Shown here: piece after piece, positions 34,468 through 46,074 of the stretch
Layout: every line of letters starts with the position of its first letter
How positions within the stretch are numbered: the stretch's first letter is position 1
Assembly (NCBI GenBank): GCA_965644265.1
Contig: OZ286467.1
Span: 100,564,001-100,628,000 of the forward strand
DNA: 64,000 nt
Source of the DNA: Glycera tridactyla
Taxonomy: Eukaryota
Reading direction: 5' to 3'
Program-made: the position numbers and the translations under genes
Notes under the pieces: generated by a model
The model's database searches: none
What the model was told of the DNA's origin: nothing
Seen by the model: the letters and a program-made list of their open reading frames with translations, nothing else

Positions 34468-36208
34468 TCTAACTAGTTAGTATATTGTTGGGTGACAACT
34501 TGGTTCATTAAGCCGATTTCGATTACTGCAGACTTGCCTGGGTAAGCTTCGGATTCAGTTGACGAAATTTTGGAGTCTCAAGCATGGACGATAACAGAGA
34601 TGTGAAGTCAGCCTTCATCATTCCCGACATGAAATGCTAGTTTATGATTTGACTATCAACATTATGAGAAATCTTGAAGCGTCGGCTGGAAACCATCAAC
34701 ATACCGAGAAATCTGAGTATTCTCTTCAGCCAAATATATTTATTTTCATTGAAGAATTCAATTTCCATACATCACATCTTTGGTCAAGTTTTGATTTCCA
34801 TGCATTACATCTTTATTAGAGTTTTCCCATTCAAAGTTTGGTGTAGACGATCAATTGAGATTCAACTCGTCATATTCAGCCAGAGATGGAAAGGAAAATG
34901 GCGAGCATAAATGAAAAGATCATTCAAATTGTTTGCCAAACGATCAATCGATTTCAACTAATCATAATTGGTCAGATTACCTCATATGGAGAGATTACCT
35001 CAACAAGAAAGCATTGTTGCATTCGCAGGAATAGCCCGCCTGAAATAATTACTAGTACATTGCTTTTCAATTGGCTCTATAATGAAATAACATGAATTCA
35101 TTGATCGTAATGTTGGAGTCACAGATAATGCATTGATTATTCCCATGGATGCAGGGCACCATTGAATTTAGTTGAGATTTTGCCTGGGAAAATTAGTTCA
35201 GTAGATCTGTACAGGGTGAAAAGAGTTGGTCTGCCACCTGCTTCGGGCAGATGGATGTCCAGGATGATTCAATGAGCATATAGTTAGCCTAGGAATGGCT
35301 TAATTCTGAACCTTGGGCAGGTGGATTTTGATGTCTATTTGACCTATTTTTCGGAAGGGTGATCCTGAGTGTGTGAGCGTGATTCTTCAGAATTTGTGTA
35401 ATTCATCTCAACTCTGCATGCTGCCGATTTTAGGAATGATAGTTAGTTTAGGGTATCTGTATTATTGATGAATTTTCATGATTGATTTGATTTGGCATAC
35501 CTCAAGTTTTAGAGAATATATGATGAATTTAGTGATTAATTTGATGGGCATACCTCAAGTATTAAGAATATGAGTCCCGTGGCAACATACCACGGTATCT
35601 GTATTTCTGCCCCTTTTGCCCCATCTTGAAGATTGATGACAATTTCCAAAAATTATGGGAATTCCAAAATTTTGGTGAATTTTTTTTTTGAAAATTTGTG
35701 GAAAACTTGCTGGAGCTCTCAGAACACATACTTTTGAGATTATGTGAGGGTATAATCATATTATAGATTCAGAAAATACAATCATATTTTTTGGAAATCT
35801 AGCACCACATGATTGTCATCACTGTAAAGAATAGCAATGGATCAAAAACGGACTTTAGTTGAGCATACACACTCAATTTAGTCTTGTGTATAGACTTATG
35901 TCCTTGGATCTGAAAGTTTTCAAGAATTTTTTTCCAGGGACTGATTCTTTTTTGAAGTCAGTTACACATTGAGAGCGCATTGATATGGGGGGGGGGGGGG
36001 GGGTGTTCTAGTTGAAACTTGAATCAATTTTTTTATATTTTGAATCCAATTTCTGTTTTACATTTGAAATAAATTTTTGTGGTGGTGGTGGTGGTATTGG
36101 AAATCCATCCAGAGTAGATTCTATGCTTTTAAAAAATAAAAGGCAAAGTTTATTCACATGACTTTTGTTTTTGATGTTGATGGAGTGACTTCATCTTCTT
36201 TGTTTCAG

Positions 36209-36412
36209 ACGCATGCCACCGCACCCTGTAGAATATGTCACGCGCCAATCATTCGTAATAATATGAGCCGTCACATACGAACCGTGCATCTGAAAGAAAA
36301 ACGATTTCAGTGTCATATTTGTAAGAAACGGTTTGGACAGAATGGTGATATGAAACGCCACATGGAGAACATACACAATTCATTTGGAGTGATGCATCTT
36401 GGTCAATCTTAG
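36209..36412 (+). CDS. ZF terminal exon 37
   Basis: tgtttcag|ACG; PCRICHAPIIRNNMSRHIRTVHLKEKRFQCHICKKRFGQNGDMKRHMENIH. Confidence 0.88.
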   Translation, partial: THATAPCRICHAPIIRNNMSRHIRTVHLKEKRFQCHICKKRFGQNGDMKRHMENIHNSFGVMHLGQS

Positions 36413-37222
36413 TATGGAATCGCGACTGACCCAAGAATAATCTGCCATGTATAACCTACCCGATAACCATACTCGGAGTGGCAACTGAGAATGCCAGCGA
36501 TGAGAACTCGGGCAAACTCATGTCTAGATTTGTCACTGTATGGTCTTTTGACTAGGTCTCATGTAATATAGACTATAACACTCAGGTAATCGCGCTGGCT
36601 CGTGTAGACATAGTTTGTACTGTTCAAGAACACAGTACCATAGTGTACCGGGCAGTAGTACAGTCAAACCTGCTCCGACCAGCCGACCTTTGGAAAGGCG
36701 AAAAGTGGCTGCTTAGGGCAGGTGAGAACTTAAGGCAGCTGGATACTTAGGATAGGTGAGACTCAGCAGCCAAACCTGTCATGAGCGGCTACCTTTGGGG
36801 AGGACAAGTGCCTGTTTAGGGCTGGCGGATTAAAGTGGGAATACCTCAGGTGGGTAATTGAAGTAGTTGCTTAGGACAGGTTAGACTGCTGCAACATACA
36901 GTCGAACCTGTCTATAAAGACCGCCTTCGGTTGCATCAAAAAGCGGTCTTTATGGGCAGGTGCGTTGAACATAGGAATTATGATTTTAGAATCGGGAGGT
37001 AATCTTTTGATAGCCTATCCACAATTAGTATGATACATTCCATCAGTACAATTTTGAAAATGTTTCACTGCATCAGTCTCCACAGAGTCTGGACTGTATC
37101 ATATATGCTGATCTGTGATATTTCGGTGAAGGTGAAGATAGTTGAATTGCATAGAGTGAATATTCTGAAATTTCCTCATATATTGCTACTAGTTTTTATA
37201 AGCCACTCAATTTCTGTTTCAG

Positions 37223-37414
37223 GGCTTAGTTCCCACCCCCTGCAAAGTCTGCAATAGCCTGATAATGCGCAAAAATATGAGTCGCCATGTACGAACAGTG
37301 CACTTCAAGGAGAAAAGATTCACATGTCTTGTCTGTGGTGTATCATTCGGGCAGAAAAGTGTCCTCAAAACTCATAGTCTGCGTTGCCATCAAATGGCTG
37401 GTCAGCTGAAATAG
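37223..37414 (+). CDS. ZF terminal exon 38 (not in ORF track)
   Basis: tgtttcag|GGC; PCKVCNSLIMRKNMSRHVRTVHFKEKRFTCLVCGVSFGQKSVLKTHSLRCH. Confidence 0.88.
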   Translation, partial: GLVPTPCKVCNSLIMRKNMSRHVRTVHFKEKRFTCLVCGVSFGQKSVLKTHSLRCHQMAGQLK

Positions 37415-37977
37415 CTTGTTGTGATATTCTCTGTTTTTACGAACTTTGTTAGCCACCACAACAAGATCAATGATGACTGAAAGTGAGTAGGGGGTGTCTC
37501 ACTTATTTCCCCAGAAAGGAGCGTCACACTATGAGAATTTCCTTCAGGAATTTTCGAAGAGACCTGTGTACGTTGAAAAAAATGTATAACAATTTTCTTA
37601 CATCAAATTTTAGCGGGAAAGATGATTTCGAAGTATATGAGGGAAATATAAGAATGACCTTTCCAACCATAACCTAAAACAAAGAGACCTTCTGATAGGT
37701 GACTGGGTCTCAGTGGCTCATAAACCAGCGACATAATCCGCCAATTCTCAGATTGATGTATCAGCTCTTGATTCATGGGGAGCGCTGTGTGATTCGATTG
37801 CGAACAAAACATCGAATGAAAAACGGTTTCCGGTCAAAGGTGGTTTTGTCTCGGGTTTCCCTGCACAATGGTTTGAATAGCTCGGCCTAACCATGTGGCC
37901 ATCTTGAGAATTTCACCAGGTCAACGAGACTGGATCTAGCCACGGTGCTCATTGCATGTTATCCTTGTCTGTTGTAG

Positions 37978-38163
37978 GGAATGGGGACGGCTCCTTGCCG
38001 CTTTTGCAAAAAGCCCATAACTCGATGCAACATGAAACGCCATATCGAAACAGTGCACCTCAAACTGAAAAAATTTGCATGTAAAATATGTGGGAGAAGG
38101 TTTGGTCAGAGTGGAGACTTGAAATATCACTTCTCAACCCAGCATGGAAGTTTGCAGAAATGA
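37978..38163 (+). CDS. ZF terminal exon 39
   Basis: tgttgtag|GGA; PCRFCKKPITRCNMKRHIETVHLKLKKFACKICGRRFGQSGDLKYHFSTQH. Confidence 0.88.
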   Translation, partial: GMGTAPCRFCKKPITRCNMKRHIETVHLKLKKFACKICGRRFGQSGDLKYHFSTQHGSLQK

Positions 38164-38800
38164 TTGGGGCTCGCCAAAAAAAAAAAAAAAAAATTCACTC
38201 ACTCTCATGCTCATTGACATTCAAGACTCGAACCCAGGCTTATGTTGAGACAACTGACCATATGGCAGTATGTGACACTGAGAAAAAAACGCTATACTGA
38301 GACCACCCGAGTCGACTCGCTTGTAACTTCTACGTGGCTTCTGTGGACAGCAGTTGGGTTGCATTTGGTTTTTACTTGGGATGTTGCATAGAAATGCCTT
38401 CTTTTCTTAGGTTTCCGAATTTGGATGTTTCAAAATTTTGAAATCGGAGACACAATCCTCATGCTGGTTCAGGGTGAGAAGAGATGGCTACCCACATGCC
38501 TGGGACAGGTAGATTTTCCTTCTGGGCGGTTATAAAGGACTTGTAGGACAGGTTGATTTCCCAGGTGTGCAGGTCAATTTTCCCATGCTTTCTCATCCTG
38601 ATGTTAGATTTTGAGTTTTGTCACAGAATTGAACCATGACGCATGACCTAATTATTGCCGAATTCGTGATCATGTGTGCCAAGCAACGGTTTTCGACTGA
38701 GATAGATCGCGATCACATGGCATACAAAATGCTCTGACCCCATACATGCTGTTGAACTCAGCAATCAATCTGACATTTTCTCCATTTCTGTCTGTTGCAG

Positions 38801-38980
38801 AAGGGAGAGGCCACGGCTTGCACTTACTGTAACAAGAGAGTGGTTAATTTGAAACAGCACATTCGAATTGTACACTTGAAGGAAAAGAAATTCCAGTGTA
38901 GCGTCTGTGAGAAGAACTTCAGTCAGAAGCAGGCCTTACAGTATCACATGTTTGCAAAACATGTGAACAAGAAACTGTAG
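38801..38980 (+). CDS. ZF terminal exon 40
   Basis: tgttgcag|AAG; ACTYCNKRVVNLKQHIRIVHLKEKKFQCSVCEKNFSQKQALQYHMFAKH. Confidence 0.88.
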   Translation, partial: KGEATACTYCNKRVVNLKQHIRIVHLKEKKFQCSVCEKNFSQKQALQYHMFAKHVNKKL

Positions 38981-39328
38981 TCAGAGACATTTTCTTGGAA
39001 AATGAATTAATCGGAGATCAATTTTGCAAAGGAAACAATGCAGAGAAGGGAAAAGCTGAAGTAGAAGGTGTATTGAAAGCCGAGGGTTAATGACATACAT
39101 ACTTTACTGGGTGGTCAGAGCTCACCTACTGAGACTAGCCTGTCTGGGCGTCAGATTGTGACACTTGGGTGCACCAGTGTATACGAAAGGGGTCATGCAC
39201 CCTAATATTGCGTCAAATGACGCCCCTGCCGAGAGCGAACACTGCCTCATACATGCCGTTAAACTCTTTAACGTTAAACTATTATCGAGCAATCAATCTG
39301 ACATTTTCTCCGTTTCTGTTTGTTGCAG

Positions 39329-39508
39329 AAGAGTGAGGCCATGGCTTGCACTTACTGTAACAAGAGAGTGGTTAACTTGAATCAACACATTCGAGTTGTA
39401 CACTTGAAGGAAAAGAGATTCCAGTGTAGCGTCTGTGGGAAGAACTTTGGTCAGAAGCAGGGCTTGCAATATCACATGTATACGAAACACGTGAAGAAGA
39501 AACTGTAG
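39329..39508 (+). CDS. ZF terminal exon 41 (recent duplicate of 40)
   Basis: tgttgcag|AAG; ACTYCNKRVVNLNQHIRVVHLKEKRFQCSVCGKNFGQKQGLQYHMYTKH. Confidence 0.88.
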   Translation, partial: KSEAMACTYCNKRVVNLNQHIRVVHLKEKRFQCSVCGKNFGQKQGLQYHMYTKHVKKKL

Positions 39509-39522
39509 TCAGAGATTTTATA

Positions 39523-39686
39523 TACAGTAGAACCTGTCTATTAAGACCGCCTTCGTTTGCATCAAAAAGCGGTCTATAGAGGGAGGTGGTCTTTATAGAG
39601 AGGTCATTTACTGTTGAAAATACTACCACGGTCGCAGCTCCGTTGGTCTTTATAGAGAGGTGGTCTTAAGAGCAGGTTCGACTGTA
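39523..39686. mobile_element. MITE family A
   Basis: TACAGTAGAACCTG...CAGGTTCGACTGTA; close match to the 14413 copy. Confidence 0.8.
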
Positions 39687-40021
39687 ATAGTTCCAGGATG
39701 GGATTTTTTCGATCACAAATGCAGCAATTCATGCATATGACAGGAAGAGCATTTTATGCTGAGTATTTTTGATTTTAGATCATGAAAACTGGACCAGTAT
39801 TAGTGGAGATAGAGCACAGAGTATACATGCATTTATAGCAGCCATTAGTTAGTTATCAGTCGTGGTTCCCTGGTCCACAAAATTTTGGTGAAAATCGCCT
39901 GTGGTCAGGTTTTCAGGGTTTTTATTTGTGAGCCAATCAAATCCCTGATCATCACATCATCCAATTAGGCGTGGAAATTTACTCCTGGATTCTGACATTT
40001 CCTAATTTCTATCTGTTGCAG

Positions 40022-40207
40022 AAACCAGACGCTCAGACTTGCAACATATGCGGCAAGAGCGTGGTCCGCTTGAAACGACACATTCAGTTGGTTCACTTGA
40101 AAGAAAGAAATTTCCACTGTGCTGTCTGCAAGCGTAGTTTCTCTCAGAAACAAGACCTGCGATTGCATGTGGTTACCAAACACCCAGAATTAACTCAGAA
40201 GAGATGA
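40022..40207 (+). CDS. ZF terminal exon 42
   Basis: tgttgcag|AAA; TCNICGKSVVRLKRHIQLVHLKERNFHCAVCKRSFSQKQDLRLHVVTKH. Confidence 0.88.
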   Translation, partial: KPDAQTCNICGKSVVRLKRHIQLVHLKERNFHCAVCKRSFSQKQDLRLHVVTKHPELTQKR

Positions 40208-41098
40208 TCACCAGGCCAAAGTGTGAGCCTTCAGTGATTAAAATATGTTAGCCAAAGCTAATCCGGCTGATAGTGTTCAATTCTCAATCTCAGAGAAAAA
40301 GATGAGGATTTGAACATGAAGCCAAATTTCTATGATCTTACCAAGTAATTCATGCAGCTACACTAATTATCGCGATTTTCTGGTTGCATTTGATGAGTGA
40401 AGCTGTCATACACAATCAAGATTTTTCTCGCTCCTTCCCACGTAATGGTATTTTCAGTCTTCGAACTTTGCCCCAGGACAATTTATGCTGAAGTGTTGGC
40501 ATCCATTTGGGCATTATAACCTGCTCCGAGATCTCTTGTCCAAGTTCCACCAGCCTACGAAGACCACCTTGAAAGATGATTGCAGTTGAAATTTCATACT
40601 GAAAGTTACCTATGGAAACTACTCACAGGCCACTTCAGTCATGCCTCTGTGAATTGTCTGGGTATTCCATACAAAGTGCCATCGACGCTGAGGAAATTAT
40701 TGAAGTGAAGCTATTTTTTGAGAGGTACCTCCTGTCTGCTGATTGAACGAAGTGCATGTAGAATGGTAGGAAAATATGTGGATGCCGTAAAAATATTATA
40801 GCAAGAATATATGGCTGTGAAGTAAAAACGCAATACCAAACGAGGTGTGAATTTTGCCAGATGCCGAAGTGACATCCGGCGAAATTCAAAACAAGTTTGG
40901 TATTGTGTTTTTACCTCACGGCCATATATTCTTTCTTTTATCACATGAATTAGGGGAGAAATCAACAGAAAGCAGTTCTTGCTCAGCTGTGAAGTATCAC
41001 ACGCAATACTCAATATCTGATATTTCACTGAAAATGCCACATCCATGTGATAATGCAATATGCGAAAGTCTCATGTACCCCTTCTCTATCTGTTGCAG

Positions 41099-41278
41099 AG
41101 AAATGTGACTGCTATTTGCGAAATTTGCAATAAGCAAGTTGCTAAGCGCAGTTTGAGGCGACATATTCAAGTTGTCCATCTTGGCCGAAGGAATTTTCAG
41201 TGTCCTCACTGCGATCATCAGTTCAGCCAAAAACAAGCCTTGCATTTCCACTTGTTCACAAAACACGCCAAAAAGTAG
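41099..41278 (+). CDS. ZF terminal exon 43
   Basis: tgttgcag|AGA; ICEICNKQVAKRSLRRHIQVVHLGRRNFQCPHCDHQFSQKQALHFHLFTKH. Confidence 0.88.
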   Translation, partial: RNVTAICEICNKQVAKRSLRRHIQVVHLGRRNFQCPHCDHQFSQKQALHFHLFTKHAKK

Positions 41279-41615
41279 ACAGGCATCCTTGAATGAGATG
41301 TCACTTTCAATTGACATCAACAAACCAGACAGAAATTGATGCAGATTTTGCTGCCTATTGGAAGCTGAGAGACTTATTTGAGAGCCAGGATTGACCCAAG
41401 GAAGTTGGAATATTTCAGGGAAGCAGGATATGTTGTATTAGTTCTATACTTGTGAAGCACCGGCTGTCAGAATTCACCGCACCCCATGACCGGTAGTTTG
41501 CTACTGTTGGACAAGAAGACTGCCTTGGTCCGAGAATTTTTGGGGGAATGTCCGAAATCTTTAACCCCCAAAAAAAAACGACTTTATTTTCAATGGTGCA
41601 TTGTTTCTGTTTCAG

Positions 41616-41801
41616 AGCAGTGCTGTTGAACGGTGCCCCATCTGCCAAAAAGTGGTCACCCAAAAGCACCTCAAGGAGCACATTCGATTCGTCCATCTCA
41701 AAGAGAGGCCATTCGAGTGCTCCGTGTGTAAACGGAAATTCTCTCAGAAACGTGACTTGAAATATCACCAGTTATCCCAGCATGAAATGTTACCCAAATA
41801 A
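41616..41801 (+). CDS. ZF terminal exon 44
   Basis: tgtttcag|AGC; RCPICQKVVTQKHLKEHIRFVHLKERPFECSVCKRKFSQKRDLKYHQLSQH. Confidence 0.88.
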   Translation, partial: SSAVERCPICQKVVTQKHLKEHIRFVHLKERPFECSVCKRKFSQKRDLKYHQLSQHEMLPK

Positions 41802-42077
41802 CTCTCGTTGATTGCATTGGTTGCCAATTGGTATATATGACAGTGATACAAACTTTCCGAAAATTGGGTGAGAAATTGAATTTCTGAAATTGCTGCGATA
41901 TGACGGGAAATTACAGAATAAGCACTTTGGTGAATATGTGGGAGTAGTATAAGGAAATCTGACTAGTTCCGAAAATTCAGCTTCATTCCATTGCCATTAC
42001 TGATGATATGACATTGAGCTGAGCCTGGCCACTACTACGCATGTATTATAAGGGCAGATTTTCTCTTTGTGTTGCAG

Positions 42078-42266
42078 AGTGCGCGGGGCGGAAACTGCCC
42101 ATATTGTCACAAATCCATCTTGCGCCAAAACCTCAAGCAACATGTGAAAGTTGTTCACCTCAAAGTGAAGCCATTTGAGTGTGCGACATGTGGGATGAAG
42201 TTTGCTCATAGATGTGAGCTGAGATATCACACACCCTGCAAAAAAGTTAATAGTATTGGGACTTGA
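42078..42266 (+). CDS. ZF terminal exon 45 (finger 2 lacks last His)
   Basis: tgttgcag|AGT; NCPYCHKSILRQNLKQHVKVVHLKVKPFECATCGMKFAHRCELRYHTPCKK. Confidence 0.75.
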   Translation, partial: SARGGNCPYCHKSILRQNLKQHVKVVHLKVKPFECATCGMKFAHRCELRYHTPCKKVNSIGT

Positions 42267-42466
42267 AAGATGGGCAGTTTCTGGCATCCTTGTTTTGTCT
42301 TGATACAGCTTAAGTGGAGGAATGGAGAAAATCTGTACAAAATCTGACGCTGGTGAGAATTCCCGAACTCATCGCTCATCTGGCTTGTGTATCTCAAACT
42401 AAAAACTGTGAGACTGACGTCTAACATGCATGTGTTGTAAGGGCAGATTTACTCTTTGTGTTGCAG

Positions 42467-42658
42467 AGTGAGCGGGGCGGAAATTGCCCGTATTGCCACA
42501 AATCCATTCTGCGCAAAAACCTCAAGCAACATGTGAAAGTTGTTCACCTCAAAGTGAAGCCATTTGAGTGTGCGACATGCGGGATGAAGTTCGCTCGAAA
42601 ATGTGAGCAGCGATATCACGAATTATATCAACATGAACTACCTGCCAAAAATGGATAG
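42467..42658 (+). CDS. ZF terminal exon 46
   Basis: tgttgcag|AGT; NCPYCHKSILRKNLKQHVKVVHLKVKPFECATCGMKFARKCEQRYHELYQH. Confidence 0.87.
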   Translation, partial: SERGGNCPYCHKSILRKNLKQHVKVVHLKVKPFECATCGMKFARKCEQRYHELYQHELPAKNG

Positions 42659-42783
42659 CATTGGAAAGAAAAAGCAGTTGCTAGCATTTCATTTTCTTCT
42701 TGATCCGACCAGAGTGAAGTGCAGGAGAAATCTATCACCAGAAATGACCTATCTTGAAACAGCAAGTTTTCTTTCTGTTCCAG

Positions 42784-42969
42784 AGCGGCAGTGTTGAACA
42801 GTGTCCAATCTGTCGTAAGGCTATCTCGCGTAAAAATCTCAAGGAGCACGTACGGTTTATCCATCTGAAAGAGAGGCCATTTCAGTGTCACATTTGCGGA
42901 CAGAAATTTACCCGAACACGTGACCACAAATATCACATGGTGTCACGACATAAAGAACCTCCCACGTAA
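42784..42969 (+). CDS. ZF terminal exon 47
   Basis: tgttccag|AGC; QCPICRKAISRKNLKEHVRFIHLKERPFQCHICGQKFTRTRDHKYHMVSRH. Confidence 0.88.
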   Translation, partial: SGSVEQCPICRKAISRKNLKEHVRFIHLKERPFQCHICGQKFTRTRDHKYHMVSRHKEPPT

Positions 42970-43472
42970 AGTGCCCCTGTATTGGATGCATGAGGTATCG
43001 GTCAGAGCCCTCATTTGGACATTCACTGTCAGGCTTTTGTTTGTTTCACTAGTAGCAATAGTCAGTGATGCAAGTTTTCTGGAGATTTGCTGAATTCAGG
43101 AAATTTGACTCAAAATTCTAATCCAAAAGTTTCCGGAATCGGACTGAAAGTTTCAAATTCTGTGCTATTGGAAGTACAAAAGTATACAGGGGTAGTTTCA
43201 GGAAATTTGGCCAGGTTTCAGGAAATTCTTCATCACTGCATAGTGTACATCAGGCACATTTCAACTATTCTAGCTAGTGTTTGGAGTTTGTTACGTCATC
43301 AATCAGTGATCAGGTTGACTATTCTTTATGGTGAAGTCCCTCTATAATGACCACCTGTCTGCAATGACCACCTCGATGTTACTCTTGTGTTCTTCATGGG
43401 CAGGTTTACTATCTCAGGGCTCTACATTCACCTACCCTACCAACAAATCTGCCTGCCTGTGCCAGTAAGGTA

Positions 43473-43649
43473 GAAATTGCCCTCATTGCCAAATCCATTT
43501 TGCGCAGAAACCTCAATCAACATGCGAGAGCTGTTCACTGTGAAGTGGAGCTGTTTGAGTGTGCCACGTGCGGGATGAAGTTCGCTTGGAAATGCGAGCT
43601 GCGATATCACAAATCATATCGGCATGAAATACCTGTAAAATGTAAATAG
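43473..43649 (+). pseudogene. Broken ZF cassette (decayed copy of exon 46)
   Basis: aattgccctcattgccaaatccattttgcgc aligns to exon 46 aattgcccgtattgccacaaatccattctgcgc with a 2-nt deletion; usual acceptor and lead-in replaced by repeat DNA; downstream frame still reads ..HCEVELFECATCGMKFAWKCELRYHKSYRH..*. Confidence 0.8.
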
Positions 43650-43773
43650 CATTGTGGAAAAACCAATCGCTGGCATTCCAGTTTTGTCTTGATCCGGTCA
43701 GAGGGAAGTGATGCAGAAACCTATTACCAGAAATGACCTATCTTGAAACGGCAAGTGTTTTTTTCTGTTCCAG

Positions 43774-43959
43774 AGCGGCAGTGTTGAACAGTGTCCAATC
43801 TGTCATAAGGCTATCTCGCGTAGACATCTTAAAGAGCACGTACGGTTTATCCATCTGAAAGAGAGGCCATTTCAGTGTCACATTTGCGGACAGAAATTTA
43901 CCCGAAAGCGTGACCACAAATATCACATGGTGTCACGACATAAAGAGCTTCCCTCGTAA
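43774..43959 (+). CDS. ZF terminal exon 48 (recent duplicate of 47; not in ORF track)
   Basis: tgttccag|AGC; QCPICHKAISRRHLKEHVRFIHLKERPFQCHICGQKFTRKRDHKYHMVSRH. Confidence 0.88.
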   Translation, partial: SGSVEQCPICHKAISRRHLKEHVRFIHLKERPFQCHICGQKFTRKRDHKYHMVSRHKELPS

Positions 43960-44387
43960 AGTGCCGCAGTATTGAATGCATGAGGTATCGGTCAGAGCCC
44001 ACAGTTGAACATTCTCTGTCAAGTCTTTGTATCACCGGTAGCCATAGCATCTATCTGGCAGGTTCCAGCTCAATATAAAAAAAATGAAAAAAAGTAAATA
44101 AAAAAAATTGCTAGCTTGGGTTTGAAGTCAGTTGTGTTGTCACTCCATGATCAGTTTGACTTATTTGTGGTGAAGTACCTCTTATTAAGGCCACCTCTGT
44201 GCAAAGACCACCTTGATGTTACTCTGTTCTAAATGGACAGGCTTACTATCTCAATCAATGATAGGAATGAGTGCTTGTTGGCTTGAATGTTGATAAGGTT
44301 TTGATGATAATTTGTATGATTGAAACACATATTTCTGGCCATATGTTGATGCCACATTCTAAGGGATGGATCATTTCTTTGTTTCAG

Positions 44388-44579
44388 AGCAACAGTAATG
44401 ACCAGTGTCCACACTGCCATAAGCTAATGAAACGCGGAAGTCTAAAGACGCACATACGATTTGTCCATCTCAAAGAGAGGCCATTTCAGTGCTCAGTCTG
44501 TGGCCGGAAATTCTCTCAGAAACGAGATTTGAAATACCACCTGTTGTCGCAACATAACTTCCCCTCAACGAAGAAGTGA
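44388..44579 (+). CDS. ZF terminal exon 49
   Basis: tgtttcag|AGC; QCPHCHKLMKRGSLKTHIRFVHLKERPFQCSVCGRKFSQKRDLKYHLLSQH. Confidence 0.88.
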   Translation, partial: SNSNDQCPHCHKLMKRGSLKTHIRFVHLKERPFQCSVCGRKFSQKRDLKYHLLSQHNFPSTKK

Positions 44580-45184
44580 AATTGTGGATAGTAACATCAT
44601 CGCAGTCCTGTACCATTGATGTGTCAGGACATGATCATAGTGCTCATAATGAGCATCTTGTATCCTAGTATTCTTAGTGTAGTTTTGATGTAGGAACGAT
44701 CTGAATGCCTGTGCATTCTTTCATCAACTGCTTGCTACTGTAAATTCGCTGTTGAAGGAAATCAACACCCCGAAGCAGAAATCGCAACGCCAGATTTTTC
44801 GACACATATTTGAGTGGTCAAATAGTTTGCTCATTTGCATTTCAAAATTTTGTTTAGCCTCAGGATAACATTTTGTGAGACAGGGCATTTGAGGCGGTTT
44901 CCCAAGACAGGTTTTACTGTACTGGAATTCACCTGCATAAAATGTGTACGTAAGGATGCTCAGATGATCATCTGAAAGGTCAGCCATTTAGTCTCTTGAG
45001 TTCCAGCTATCCAATTCATTTTCTTGCTGTATTCTTCAGTGTTATCCATCACTATTCAATCATCTCCCTGTATTCTATCTCATTGTGTTGAATATCAACT
45101 GCTGATAGTTGGACCATAATGTTAGCTTCAGATGTTCCTTCAAAAACTTGGAGAAACCTGATCATTGCTCTTTCTGTGTTGCAG

Positions 45185-45382
45185 GGCCCCTGTATCCCCA
45201 TACCATGCAAAATTTGCCAAAAGTTGATTACCCGTGTCCATATGAAGCGCCACATTGAGACCGTGCACTTGAAAGTGAAACGCTTCGAGTGTAATGTGTG
45301 TGGAAGGCGATTTGGCCAAAATGGTGATCTCAAGCATCACAGAGTGACGCAACACTCTGCGGTGCTCAAAACGCTGCTTTAA
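45185..45382 (+). CDS. ZF terminal exon 50
   Basis: tgttgcag|GGC; PCKICQKLITRVHMKRHIETVHLKVKRFECNVCGRRFGQNGDLKHHRVTQH. Confidence 0.88.
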   Translation, partial: GPCIPIPCKICQKLITRVHMKRHIETVHLKVKRFECNVCGRRFGQNGDLKHHRVTQHSAVLKTLL

Positions 45383-45846
45383 CTTGTACTTTATTTATTC
45401 GAAATAAGGTATATTGTGCATCCTGTTATCAGTTTCATTGATTTCTATGTTTTGTTGTATCAAAAGAAACCTGTCGTTTCTTATCATTGCTTTCAACAAG
45501 TCATCAAATTCTGGGACTCGAGCTGGCATGAACTCATTGGTGAAAACTGTGTTGATATGTGAATACTTGAGTATGGAATGAAAGGATATTCCAGGTTGGA
45601 ATTCTGGGATGCGTCATTGGTTTCAGTAACTGCTCATATATCCTGGATATTTGATATTGTGAAAGTTAACGTCGTCGTCGTCGTCGTCGTCGTCGATTGG
45701 AATATAGAACTTTGCAATTGCCAAATTGAAACACACACCATGACTGTACTTTCTGAAATTGTTGTCTGCCCGTGTTTTACGGTCATCCTCTTCGAAGTTC
45801 CTGACCTTATGAATTATTCAGAGTGATGGTGATCTCTATGTTTCAG

Positions 45847-46074
45847 AAATCCTCCTCCTATAAGCCGTGTCCATACTGTCGCAAACTCATCTATGGCTAC
45901 AACCTGAACCGCCATATTCGTAGTGTTCACTTGGGACACCGGCCATATTCTTGCAAGATTTGTGGCAGGGACTATACGGAGAAAAGTGGCCTTCAGTATC
46001 ACATGATGAGGGTTCATCCAGACAGCGTTCCCAATAAGCGGAACAAAGGCAGTGCAGATGGAGAGGGCACCTAG
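45847..46074 (+). CDS. ZF terminal exon 51
   Basis: tgtttcag|AAA; PCPYCRKLIYGYNLNRHIRSVHLGHRPYSCKICGRDYTEKSGLQYHMMRVH. Confidence 0.88.
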   Translation, partial: KSSSYKPCPYCRKLIYGYNLNRHIRSVHLGHRPYSCKICGRDYTEKSGLQYHMMRVHPDSVPNKRNKGSADGEGT

